64,000 nucleotides of DNA from an uncultured Bacteroidales bacterium (GTDB lineage: Bacteria > Bacteroidota > Bacteroidia > Bacteroidales > CAIWKO01). The stretch is from assembly GCA_964469155.1 (NCBI GenBank), contig CAYXXU010000002.1:26365-90364 (forward strand), in the 5' to 3' direction. Shown here in pieces: positions 55,331 to 64,000 of this stretch; positions within the stretch are counted from its first letter, which is position 1; each line of letters begins with the position of its first letter. The notes under the pieces were generated by a model that saw only the letters and a program-made list of their open reading frames with translations, was not told the origin of the DNA and searched no databases. Both the position numbers and the translations under genes were made by a program.

Positions 55331-56656
55331 TTATTTTGAAGTATCAATGCCAATGCAGAAATAGTCAAAACCTTCTGCCTTCATTGCTGCCAAATCGTAT
55401 ATATTTCTGCCATCGAAAATAACGTGCTTTTTCAATAATTTCTTTATGTTGTCGAGATTGGGAGCACGGAATTCGGTCCATTCGGTAACAATAAGCAGAC
55501 AATCGGCGTTGATAAGGGCTTCGTACTGTTCTTTGGCATATTCTATCCTGTCACCCAGACGGCGTTTGGCTTCTTCCATGGCTTCAGGGTCGTAAGCTTT
55601 CACTTTGGCTCCAACAGCGAGGAATTTTTCGATCAGAACCAGTGCCGGAGCTTCACGCATATCGTCAGTTTCAGGTTTGAATGAAAGTCCCCAAATGGCA
55701 ATAGTCTTATCTTTCAACTGGTGGTTGAAATATTTCGAAACCTTGTTGAACAAAACACTCTTCTGGTCGTCGTTCACTTCTTCTACTGATTTCAATACAC
55801 GCAGGTTGTAACCGTTTTCGTCGGCAGTTTTTATCAATGCCTTTACATCTTTTGGGAAACAGGAACCTCCGTAGCCTATGCCAGGATAGATGAACTTGTT
55901 GCCGATACGGGTATCGCTGCCTATTCCCTTACGAACGTGGTTTACATTAGCTCCCATTATTTCGCACAGATTAGCAATGTCGTTCATAAAGCTAATTTTG
56001 GTTGCCAACATGGCGTTGGCAGCATATTTTGTCATTTCAGCACTGGGGATATCCATAAAGATGACCGGATGTCCGTTCAAGGTAAATGGTTTGTAAAGCT
56101 GCTGCATGAGTTTTTCGGCCCGGTCAGATTCCAAACCCACTACAATACGGTCGGGACGCATGAAATCGTCAATTGCTGCACCTTCTTTCAGGAATTCAGG
56201 ATTGGAAGCCACATCAAAAGGAATGTTGGCGCCGCGTGCATTTAGCTCGGTGGTTATTGCCTTTTTAACTTTTACAGCTGTTCCGACCGGCACGGTACTT
56301 TTTGTTACCACAAGGGTATAATCTTCGATATATTTACCCACTTCGGCTGCAACAGCCAATACGTGCTTCAGATCGGCACTGCCGTCTTCATCGGGAGGCG
56401 TTCCCACGGCAATGAAAACCACTTCGGCATCGGGCAATACCGATTTAAGATCGGTCGAAAAATGCAAACGGTTCTTTTCTACGTTTCGGTGGATCATGGC
56501 ATCCAGACCCGGTTCGTATATAGGCAGGATTCCTTTCTTAAGATTTTCGATTTTGGTAATATCAATGTCAACACAAACGGTGTCAATACCTACTTCTGCA
56601 AAACAAGTACCGGTAACCAGACCTACATAACCGGTTCCAACAACAACAATTTTCAT
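55331..56656 (-). CDS. ugd: UDP-glucose 6-dehydrogenase
   Basis: 441 aa. VVGTGYVGLV and catalytic GGSCFPKD. Confidence 0.94.
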   Translation of the reverse strand: MKIVVVGTGYVGLVTGTCFAEVGIDTVCVDIDITKIENLKKGILPIYEPGLDAMIHRNVEKNRLHFSTDLKSVLPDAEVVFIAVGTPPDEDGSADLKHVLAVAAEVGKYIEDYTLVVTKSTVPVGTAVKVKKAITTELNARGANIPFDVASNPEFLKEGAAIDDFMRPDRIVVGLESDRAEKLMQQLYKPFTLNGHPVIFMDIPSAEMTKYAANAMLATKISFMNDIANLCEIMGANVNHVRKGIGSDTRIGNKFIYPGIGYGGSCFPKDVKALIKTADENGYNLRVLKSVEEVNDDQKSVLFNKVSKYFNHQLKDKTIAIWGLSFKPETDDMREAPALVLIEKFLAVGAKVKAYDPEAMEEAKRRLGDRIEYAKEQYEALINADCLLIVTEWTEFRAPNLDNIKKLLKKHVIFDGRNIYDLAAMKAEGFDYFCIGIDTSK

Positions 56657-56693
56657 GAAATATTAAGTTTAATGAGTTAGTTTAAATTTCGAC

Positions 56694-56701
56694 AAAAATA
56701 C
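56694..56701 (-). promoter_or_regulatory. Bacteroidota -7 box upstream of ugd
   Basis: Plus strand reads caaaaata, which is TAttTTTG in reverse complement. It lies 38 nt upstream of the ATG. Confidence 0.4.
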
Positions 56702-56743
56702 ACATAAAGATGAATTTTTGACACAACTTTACGATTTTAAATA

Positions 56744-57406
56744 CTACTGATTTGCCGACATAATATTCTTTCCACGTGTGCCTTTGAATCTTTGACTGAA
56801 TGCTTCCCTTTCTTTTAAAGGGATAAAATCATCCTTCAGGGCTTTCGTTGCATCTATTTCCGGATCAGTCATCTGGTTATCCATTTTTCTCAAAATATCA
56901 TAAACAATGGGCAGCGAAATGATTTTCCCGCTTACATATTTACGGACGTATTTTCGCAATAACTTTGATTGAAAAGGATCGGAAGCAAGGGCTATGGTTG
57001 AAAATCCCATGTGATGAGCAAGTTGGTATGAGAAAAAAACATTCTCGGTGCTGTGTTCGGCTTTTTCTTCCGTGAGAATATGGGAGGGTGGGATACCGAT
57101 GGCTTCAGCGTATAAGGCCATAATCCTGCTTTCTACCCATTGCGAGTGCACTGCAGCACCTGAGAAGATTATGTTCTTAGCTATTCCTTTATCGAATAAA
57201 AATTTTGCCCAGTAAATACGTCCTTTCATGATCATGTCCCACTGCTTGCCATTAAAAGGTATTCCGGGAACAATAACTGCATCAAATTGCTTGTCTCTGT
57301 TTTGTTTTAAAAAGTCTTTACATTGACGGGAAGAAAAGGAGAGCCCCAGAACAGCCAGAAAGAAGCCCAGCATATCATAAATCCTTTGTACAAGATATTT
57401 TTTCAC
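56744..57406 (-). CDS. YdcF/DUF218-family protein
   Basis: 220 aa. N-terminal TM segment and a DUF218 pattern (VVPGIPFNG...IIFSGAAVHS). Confidence 0.75.
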   Translation of the reverse strand: MKKYLVQRIYDMLGFFLAVLGLSFSSRQCKDFLKQNRDKQFDAVIVPGIPFNGKQWDMIMKGRIYWAKFLFDKGIAKNIIFSGAAVHSQWVESRIMALYAEAIGIPPSHILTEEKAEHSTENVFFSYQLAHHMGFSTIALASDPFQSKLLRKYVRKYVSGKIISLPIVYDILRKMDNQMTDPEIDATKALKDDFIPLKEREAFSQRFKGTRGKNIMSANQ

Positions 57407-57425
57407 TTAGAAGGGGTTAGCCAGA

Positions 57426-57746
57426 TCAATGAGAGAGTTTTAATCCTATAACCCCCATTATGATGAGGGTTACCGATGCAATTCTTAATAAAGTGGCTGT
57501 ATCTTTGAAATACATTACTCCTATTATGAAGGTTCCGGCGGCACCGATGCCAGTCCACACAGCATAAGCCGTTCCGATGGGAATTTCCTTTTGTGCCATC
57601 CATAGGAATAAACCACTCAAAGCCATGGAGGCAGCAGCCATAACAATCCAGCATATTTTCTGGTTATCATGGGTTTGCGACAACTTAAATCCAAGTGGCC
57701 AGCCTATTTCGAATATTGCTGCCAGCAGCAGATACAACCATGCCAT
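57426..57746 (-). CDS. sugE: SMR-family exporter (SugE/Gdx-like)
   Basis: 106 aa, 4 TM segments, with the conserved Glu in MAWLYLLLAAIFEIGWP. Confidence 0.9.
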   Translation of the reverse strand: MAWLYLLLAAIFEIGWPLGFKLSQTHDNQKICWIVMAAASMALSGLFLWMAQKEIPIGTAYAVWTGIGAAGTFIIGVMYFKDTATLLRIASVTLIIMGVIGLKLSH

Positions 57747-57771
57747 AAATTCATCTCTTTTTAATTTAATA

Positions 57772-58209
57772 CTACTCCGGTTTCAGTTTTACATTAAATA
57801 CCTTCTCGGTTTCACCTTTGTACCATTCGCCATCTCCATTTGTATAAACCGGGTCGGTAAAAACCACCACCGTATCCAGATCTTTGAATTGTCCGTTATT
57901 TGCGCCGTCTGTGTCCTTAAACCGCACTGCATAGGTTTTATCGCCCGCAATGTCCTGTATGCCGGGAAACTGGAAATTCCCGTTGACATCAGTAACTATG
58001 GAATCCTGGTTTAATATGATTCTGATATTTTGGATGGGTGAGTTATCCTGGGCCGATTCAACCTTACCCTTCACAATGAAACTGGCCGAAGGAATTCCGT
58101 ATTTCATTTGAGGATCGTTTTTACAGGAAGAAGCAAATCCTAACAAAGCCAGTAATGCTCCTATCATGGCGCTTTGGTTTTTCCAGACCTGAATTTTTGC
58201 TTTCTTCAC
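57772..58209 (-). CDS. Small lipoprotein with carboxypeptidase-regulatory-like beta-sandwich
   Basis: Lipobox LGFASSC. The VKGKV...TDVNGNFQF pattern is typical of CarboxypepD_reg-like domains. Confidence 0.6.
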   Translation of the reverse strand: MKKAKIQVWKNQSAMIGALLALLGFASSCKNDPQMKYGIPSASFIVKGKVESAQDNSPIQNIRIILNQDSIVTDVNGNFQFPGIQDIAGDKTYAVRFKDTDGANNGQFKDLDTVVVFTDPVYTNGDGEWYKGETEKVFNVKLKPE

Positions 58210-58220
58210 CTTCTGTAATT

Positions 58221-59066
58221 TTATTCAATCACCTTTAGGAGGTTATCGACCAAACGGCTGGCTCCAATGCGAAACAGATGTTTGTTGAGCCATTCTTTTC
58301 CTAAGATTTCCTCAACAATATAATAATAACGCACGGCCACATCAGGTTCGGAAATTCCGCCAGCAGGTTTAAAGCCTATGCGGGTGCCGGTTTTTTGATA
58401 ATATTCCAGAATGGTTTCGCACATAATAATCGCGGCAAGTTCGGTAGCGGCAGGTTGAATTTTGCCTGTGGAGGTCTTGATAAAATCGGCACCGGCCAGG
58501 ATGGCTATTTCGCTTGCTTTACGAATGTTCTCAGGCGTCAGCAGTTCGCCGGTTTCGAGAATTACCTTCAGATGTGCCTGTTTGCAAACCTCTTTGATGG
58601 CTGCAATCTCCTGATAGACTTCTTCAAATTTCCCTTCCAGAAATTTCCCCCTCGAAATGACCATGTCAATTTCGTCGGCCCCTTCGCTAACAGCAAATTT
58701 TATTTCTTCAAGTTTCACCGGCAAAGGCGACTGCCCTGACGGAAAGGCACCTGCAACAGAGGCAACATTAATTTCTTTGCCGTGTAGTTCCGATTTGCAT
58801 TGCCTGACAAAGGGCGGATAAACACAAACCGCTGCAACATTCGGAATGTTTCTTTCGGAATCTTCAATGCTGAAGGATTTTGTGCAAAGTTTGCTGACTC
58901 TTTCACAAGTGTCAGAGCCTTCCAGGGTAGTCAGGTCTACGAAAGAGAGTATCTCGCGGTAAACCTGCTGCAGTGTTTTTGCGTTGTGTTTTTTTTCGGA
59001 AATGAGTTTGATTTTTTTAATCCACTCCTTCTCAGTGAGGTTGGGGTATTCAGAAAAGATGTTCAT
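58221..59066 (-). CDS. deoC: Deoxyribose-phosphate aldolase
   Basis: Start taken at MNIFSEYPNL, which avoids overlap with the upstream gene. Schiff-base lysine context ADFIKTSTGK. Confidence 0.88.
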   Translation of the reverse strand: MNIFSEYPNLTEKEWIKKIKLISEKKHNAKTLQQVYREILSFVDLTTLEGSDTCERVSKLCTKSFSIEDSERNIPNVAAVCVYPPFVRQCKSELHGKEINVASVAGAFPSGQSPLPVKLEEIKFAVSEGADEIDMVISRGKFLEGKFEEVYQEIAAIKEVCKQAHLKVILETGELLTPENIRKASEIAILAGADFIKTSTGKIQPAATELAAIIMCETILEYYQKTGTRIGFKPAGGISEPDVAVRYYYIVEEILGKEWLNKHLFRIGASRLVDNLLKVIE

Positions 59067-59070
59067 ACGG

Positions 59071-60996
59071 TTAGTTTTCGATAAGGATTCTTGATACAAA
59101 TGTACTATTATTTCCCTGTATGGAAATGGTATATAAACCCGCTGCGAGCCTTCCTGTATTCAACTGTACATGGTGATCTCCAACGGAATTTATTTTGAAA
59201 CTTTTATTGAGTACTATTTTTCCACAGAAATCAGTAAGACAGGCATTGAAATCATCTCTCCCTTCTACGGGAATTGATATATTAATGATGTCTTTTGCCG
59301 GGTTGGGAAAAACCCTGATCTGTTTTGCATCGAAGGTGCTTTCCTCCACGTTTATGAAGAAACCGTTCAGGGGCAGTTGTAAATAGGAGGCATGGTCGGA
59401 ACCCACAAATACCTTGTTCGCAGCAACCAAGGTATCACCTGCTGAATACATTGTGAGACCGTTATTCAGATTGCAATCGAAATGGGGATAATTCGATGAT
59501 GTTACATCTACGCGGAGCTTATGGCCTGCCGGAAAGGTAAGAGCAACATTAGGAAGATCAATAATCGCTTCGTACACCTGCCCGCTAACCATGGAGGAGG
59601 TATCAGCGGCTGTGAATCCGTCGCGGAAACGCATACGGCGAATGCCATCCGATACCAGCATGGATTTTCCGTCGGGGTAAACATCGGTTAGCCGAACGGC
59701 AAAATCGCTGTCCTTGCGATCGGATGATACAAAAAGATGTACGCTGCCTTTGCCTTTCATCACTACATCTGATGCAAATGCGGCAGAGGTAAAGACCAGC
59801 ACATCGCTGCGGTTTTCGACCTGCAGGGCCTGGTCGTAAGGGCCCTGTAAGAGGTCGGACCTGAGGGTGGAGCCTCCTATGGTAGGCGAAGGATTATGGG
59901 GATCGTATGGGAGCGTTTTGTAAAGGCCTGAAGCGGCGGGAAGTGAAGTTGTGATGCTGCCGTCGTCCTGCAAATAGAGGGTTTGGTTGCTTACACCGGC
60001 AGGGGGCCAACTGGCGGTGTTTTGCCAGGTGTTTTCTCCCATCTGAAAATACTGAATGAAAGGCGTAGATTCCCATCCGTTGCTTACCGAACGCAGATAA
60101 TGATCGAAATGCACTAAAGTCAGGGAATCGCTCCAGCCAACGGCCTCATTATAGGTGAGAGCTCCCTGCTGGGGTGCGCCAATGCCTGCTGTACCGTGTC
60201 CGCCATGGGTCCAGGGGCCCATGAGCAGGCGGTGTTTGTTGCGTACGCCGGCAAAAGATGTTTGCCTGAGTCCTGCAAAGAAATCAAGCATGACTTCAGT
60301 GTTGTGATCGTACCAGCCACCTATCATCAGCATGGGAACATTGATGGAATCGGGATAATTGGAATTAAATTCAGATATGGTCCAGCCCACATCAAATACC
60401 GTGTGGCTCATAACCACCGACGAAATACCAAAACCCAGGGCATCGAGTTGTTGCACATATTCGGTGCGCAGGTCGCCGCCGGGAAAATATTCGCGATAGA
60501 GTGTCTGCGGCCCGGCAACCAGGGGCACACAGCATAGCAAATGGGGCGGACGTTTGCGGGCGGTTTGATATTGAATGCCTCCCAAAGCTGAGGGTCCCCA
60601 GGTGCCCACTTTCCCGTCAGACCAGCTTTGCGTAGCTATCCATTCCACGAGGTCGTAGCCGTCTTTGGCGCGGTCGTAGTTGCCTGCACAGGCAGCCGCT
60701 GAACCGTAGAAGCAGCGCCAATCGGCTATCACCATCGCATAGTTGGCGGTGGCTATGTTATTTCCGAAAAGGGGCAGGCCCAGGTTGCGAAAATGCAGTC
60801 GGTTGTATGGCGTTTGTATCAAGATCACAGGGTAGGCGTTGCCGGCACCGTTGTCGGGGATGTAGATATCCACGGCAAGCTTTTTACCGTCGCGCATGGT
60901 CACACTGTCGACAAAAGTCGGAGTGATGAGGGCTTGTGCCTGAGATTCAAAAGCAAATAAAGCGAAAAAAAGAAGGTATAGAATTAATTTTTTCAT
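59071..60996 (-). CDS. CocE/NonD (S15) family hydrolase with T9SS C-terminal sorting domain
   Basis: Start taken at MKKLILYLLFFALFAFESQAQ. X-Pro dipeptidyl-peptidase-like alpha/beta domain. The C-terminal sorting domain reads RVFPNPAKDIINI...GLYTISI...ILIEN. Confidence 0.85.
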   Translation of the reverse strand: MKKLILYLLFFALFAFESQAQALITPTFVDSVTMRDGKKLAVDIYIPDNGAGNAYPVILIQTPYNRLHFRNLGLPLFGNNIATANYAMVIADWRCFYGSAAACAGNYDRAKDGYDLVEWIATQSWSDGKVGTWGPSALGGIQYQTARKRPPHLLCCVPLVAGPQTLYREYFPGGDLRTEYVQQLDALGFGISSVVMSHTVFDVGWTISEFNSNYPDSINVPMLMIGGWYDHNTEVMLDFFAGLRQTSFAGVRNKHRLLMGPWTHGGHGTAGIGAPQQGALTYNEAVGWSDSLTLVHFDHYLRSVSNGWESTPFIQYFQMGENTWQNTASWPPAGVSNQTLYLQDDGSITTSLPAASGLYKTLPYDPHNPSPTIGGSTLRSDLLQGPYDQALQVENRSDVLVFTSAAFASDVVMKGKGSVHLFVSSDRKDSDFAVRLTDVYPDGKSMLVSDGIRRMRFRDGFTAADTSSMVSGQVYEAIIDLPNVALTFPAGHKLRVDVTSSNYPHFDCNLNNGLTMYSAGDTLVAANKVFVGSDHASYLQLPLNGFFINVEESTFDAKQIRVFPNPAKDIINISIPVEGRDDFNACLTDFCGKIVLNKSFKINSVGDHHVQLNTGRLAAGLYTISIQGNNSTFVSRILIEN

Positions 60997-61044
60997 AATT
61001 TCGGGCATTAATCCAGCTAACAAATTTAATACATTCGCGGTAAT

Positions 61045-61812
61045 ATGGACAGAAAAAAGAGTTTATTGATTTGGCTCTCGCTGGGATTGAATGTGGCTAT
61101 TATTTTGGTCTTGCTTGTGGCAAAATTTATGGCAGAGAATAGGCTGGAAAAGGTTTCGGGTATGCTGAACCGCCTGGGCGATTCGGAGATAGTGTATATG
61201 GTGCATGTGGAAGATACACTCGACATCGCTACCGCCTTTCTCATTGAGGAGACTGTGCCGGTGAGGGTGAAGATGGATGTGGATTACGACCTGGATTTTA
61301 TAGCCAATATTCCCATAGATCAGCAAATCATGACTCCTATAAACCTGGTGGTGAATCAAAATATTAAGGTCGATACAGGTTTTTTGTTTAAAGAAAAGAT
61401 CGTGGTGCCTTTAAACGAAGTAATACATGTTGACCAGAAGTTTTTGGTTGCGTTGAACGGCGACAGGACCAAAGGCATACGTGTGCCTATTGTAGCCGAT
61501 ATTCCCCTGAAACAAAATATTTCGCTCGATATAAAGAACCCCATCCCGGTGATGGCCGACATCCCCATAAAGATACCCATTTCGCAGATCATTCCGGTAC
61601 AGATCACCATGACCCTGCCCGTTGACCTGAAAATTCCGCTGCATATCCCGGTTAATGCCAAAGCATTGATCACCTTCCCGCAAACTCTGCCCGTAAAGGG
61701 GAGAATACCGCTCAACTTGGATATACCTGTGAAGATACCCCTAAGTGCGACGCCTATTAAGGAAAAGGCAGACAGCATTGCCTTTGAACTGAATCATCTG
61801 TTGAAACCCTGA
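61045..61812 (+). CDS. Membrane-anchored hypothetical protein with I-P-rich short repeats
   Basis: 255 aa. One N-terminal TM segment. The C-terminal half carries reiterated IP(I/V/L)-type motifs (ADIPLKQ, ADIPIKIPISQIIPVQ, KIPLHIPV, RIPLNLDIPVKIPL). Confidence 0.65.
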   Translation: MDRKKSLLIWLSLGLNVAIILVLLVAKFMAENRLEKVSGMLNRLGDSEIVYMVHVEDTLDIATAFLIEETVPVRVKMDVDYDLDFIANIPIDQQIMTPINLVVNQNIKVDTGFLFKEKIVVPLNEVIHVDQKFLVALNGDRTKGIRVPIVADIPLKQNISLDIKNPIPVMADIPIKIPISQIIPVQITMTLPVDLKIPLHIPVNAKALITFPQTLPVKGRIPLNLDIPVKIPLSATPIKEKADSIAFELNHLLKP

Positions 61813-61852
61813 TGCAGTAAGCTCTGCAGATAACTTTTTTCTGAACACTCCC

Positions 61853-62167
61853 GTGACATTCCCTTTAAGGAAGGTGACAATCACTTTAAGGAAAATGACA
61901 TCCCCTTTAAGGAAGGTGGCAATCCCTTTAAGGAAAGTGACATCCCCTTTAAGGAAGGTGACAATCCCTTTAAGGAAAGTGACAATCCCTGTAAGGAATG
62001 TGACAATCCCTTTAAGGAAAGTGATATTCCCTTTAAGAAAGGTGGAAACCCCTGCAAGGAAAGTGACAATCCCTTTAAGGAAGGTGACTTTCCCTATAAG
62101 GAAAGAGATATTCCCTTGAAGGAAGGCGGCATTCCCATAAGGTAGGGTGGAAACTTTGAAGTGGGTA
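61853..62167. repeat. 21-bp tandem array E (about 15 units, 42-bp higher-order period)
   Basis: Units are in exact register. Consensus is gtgacaatccctttaaggaa(a/g). The last base alternates g/a in successive units over most of the array. The last 3 units are degenerate. Confidence 0.95.
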
Positions 62168-62423
62168 AATGTTTTGGCATCAAAGGGAGCGCCCTGTTAG
62201 AATAGAAAGATTGAGGTTTGAATCCTTGACAAACGGTAAACAAATGGTGGGATTTTTTTTGATTCTTTGTGTTTTGGAGTCTTAGTGGCTTTCTTTTTTA
62301 TATTATGATTACTGACGGGGTGAGCCACCGTGCATGAAAACTACGCACATTCAACCTGTCAGAAGGATAGAGCGAATGGTGGGCGATTGACCCTGATAAT
62401 TGAGAATTCAGAAGTCAGAATGC

Positions 62424-63758
62424 CTAATATCTCAACCACTTCCACAATTCGCGGTAGCTGATCTTTTTGCCGTACATCAGAATGCCAGTGCGGTAAATTT
62501 TGGCGGCCATCCAGGCAACCCCCAGAAATCCGAGGATGAGCAGACCCATAGACAGCAGCAGTTCAGACAAGGGAACGCCAAAAGGAAGTCTTATCATCAT
62601 GACGATAGGCGAGGTGAGGGGTATGATGGAAAGCCAGAAGGAGATAGGCCCCTGAGGGTCTTCGATGATAGATTGCGCCATGACGAAAGAGAGAATGAGG
62701 GGAATGGTGATGGGAAGCATGAACTGCTGGGTGTCGGCTTCGCTGTCGACCGCCGCACCAATGGCCGCAAACAGGCCTCCATAAATGAGGTAGCCAAAAA
62801 GGAAATAAAAGAAGAACAAAGCTATGATGGCGACAAAATCGAAGCCGGCTATGGATTTCATGACCGCATTGAAGATTTCGCCGCTATCGTCCTGAGGCTT
62901 GGCCTGGGTGGTGTTTTCGGGAAAGAGGGTGTTGTTTTGAGGGGTGAATTCCTGCTGAGTGGAGGTGGTGCTTTTTATAGGTGTTTTCATAATCGAAGCC
63001 TGAAACACGGTGACTATGCCTAATGTGAGCACTATCCAGAGCAGAAACTGGGTTAAGCCCACCAATCCTATTCCGGTGATCTTGCCAACCAGCAATTGAA
63101 AGGGTTTTACCGAAGAAACAATGATCTCGACAATGCGGCTGGTCTTTTCCTCAATAACCCCCCTCATCACCTGCGAACCAAACATAAAAATCGAAAAATA
63201 GATCAATATTCCTCCAAACAATCCAATAAAAGTACTGAGCAAAGGCGAAGCATTTTCGCCGGTCTGAATGTTTTCGGTCTGCAAATTGATGGAGGTTTTG
63301 ATAGATTCGAGGTCTTTTTTATCAATGCCAAACTGATCGTTGAGGGTTTTGTTTTCGAGCACGTATTTCATCTTCTCCTCAATGTAACTGGTAACTCCAA
63401 TACCGGGCTGCTTGTTTGCGTATAGCAGCAAAGCATAGTTGGGTTTGGTGAGGGAAGGTTTGGGAATATAGAGCAGGCATGCGTGTTCTGATTTCTGAAA
63501 ATCCTGTCTGGCGGTAATAATATCGGTGGCGAGATAGCGGAATTGAATGGTTTTGTTGCTGTTGAGTTTTCCGAAATACAGCCCGGTTTCGTCGACCACA
63601 TCGACCGTTTTAACATCTTCGCCCATCTGGGAGACAAAAAAGGGCACAATCATAAGTGATGCCATCAGAATGGGGCCGAGAATGGTCATGATGATGAACG
63701 AACGTTTCTTTACCCTGGAAAGATACTCGCGTTTTATGATAATGAAAGTCTTTTTCAT
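62424..63758 (-). CDS. ABC-2 type transporter permease (NatB-like)
   Basis: 444 aa. An N-terminal TM segment, a large extracytoplasmic loop and then 5-6 C-terminal TM segments. Located immediately downstream of an ABC ATPase gene. Confidence 0.82.
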   Translation of the reverse strand: MKKTFIIIKREYLSRVKKRSFIIMTILGPILMASLMIVPFFVSQMGEDVKTVDVVDETGLYFGKLNSNKTIQFRYLATDIITARQDFQKSEHACLLYIPKPSLTKPNYALLLYANKQPGIGVTSYIEEKMKYVLENKTLNDQFGIDKKDLESIKTSINLQTENIQTGENASPLLSTFIGLFGGILIYFSIFMFGSQVMRGVIEEKTSRIVEIIVSSVKPFQLLVGKITGIGLVGLTQFLLWIVLTLGIVTVFQASIMKTPIKSTTSTQQEFTPQNNTLFPENTTQAKPQDDSGEIFNAVMKSIAGFDFVAIIALFFFYFLFGYLIYGGLFAAIGAAVDSEADTQQFMLPITIPLILSFVMAQSIIEDPQGPISFWLSIIPLTSPIVMMIRLPFGVPLSELLLSMGLLILGFLGVAWMAAKIYRTGILMYGKKISYRELWKWLRY

Positions 63759-63765
63759 CGGCTGA

Positions 63766-64000
63766 TTATTCCGTTAAATTTGAAGTGGTATTATAGTTTA
63801 TTGCATCGTCGTTGACGTTGGCAATAAAAATGTCGTTCATGGTGGGGATGATCTCGCTTATGGCATGTATATTCCCAAACTGCATCAGGGTGGAAAGCAT
63901 TTCGTTGGTGCTTTTGTTGTTGAGGATTTTGATACGGGCATGGAGCACTTCGTTGTCGTGATGTTCATCGGTCACTTCGTAATCGTGATTCAGATTATCT
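63766..64000 (-). CDS. ABC transporter ATP-binding protein, C-terminal end only (5' end outside window)
   Basis: The visible tail (...FGNIHAISEIIPTMNDIFIANV) resembles the C-terminal accessory domain of NatA-like ABC ATPases. The stop lies 7 nt before the permease start. Confidence 0.6.
   Translation of the reverse strand, partial: DNLNHDYEVTDEHHDNEVLHARIKILNNKSTNEMLSTLMQFGNIHAISEIIPTMNDIFIANVNDDAINYNTTSNLTE

Noticed and set aside
61853-62119. ORFs of 88 and 62 aa (PLRKVTI / SLSLKGL repeats)
   Set aside because: They are translation artefacts of array E.
62400-63023. 207-aa plus-strand ORF
   Set aside because: It is antisense to the ABC-2 permease gene, has low-complexity R/G/E/D-rich sequence and no motifs.

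Overview
This is a 64-kb chromosomal window that I infer comes from a Bacteroidota genome. The grounds are three secreted proteins with T9SS C-terminal sorting domains, a PorX-type receiver-PglZ regulator, a fused lpxC-fabZ gene and TAnnTTTG -7 promoter boxes. About 50 genes are supportable, and most are housekeeping. They include lipid A genes (lpxA, lpxC-fabZ, lpxD), rpsP-rimM, fhs, queD, mntP, tnaA, mpl, tsaE, deoC, nucleotide-sugar genes (ugd, uxs, rfbD), sod, an M16 peptidase, a porin-amtB operon with a separate Rh-type transporter and an octaheme cytochrome c, and an ABC-2 exporter. No tRNA, rRNA or CRISPR array was found.

The accessory content has three parts:
1. An AT-rich islet at 9.7-13.7 kb encodes a WYL regulator, an ABC/OLD-type ATPase, an orphan 338-aa protein and a very acidic 64-aa protein. 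This is my best candidate for an undescribed defence module.
2. A second AT-rich islet at 24.4-30.1 kb holds a type II R-M pair with overlapping genes, convergent on a minus-strand cassette of 4-5 unknown genes that includes two tandem paralogues.
3. A RAYT-type Y1 transposase flanked by four REP-like hairpins sits between a histidine kinase and its response regulator.

The most unusual non-genic signal is five unrelated tandem arrays that all have an exact 21-bp period (13.8, 30.1, 41.6, 51.1 and 61.9 kb). Each lies just downstream of a gene. There is also a 2-unit solo copy at 1.3 kb that shares a 44-nt identical head with the 51.1-kb array. Many shorter 7-9-nt 'morphing' tandem tracts occur in intergenic DNA. 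A roughly 400-bp ORF-free region at 14.2-14.6 kb has nested long-range complementarity and may be a structured RNA.

All family assignments come from motif recognition by eye. No searches were run.
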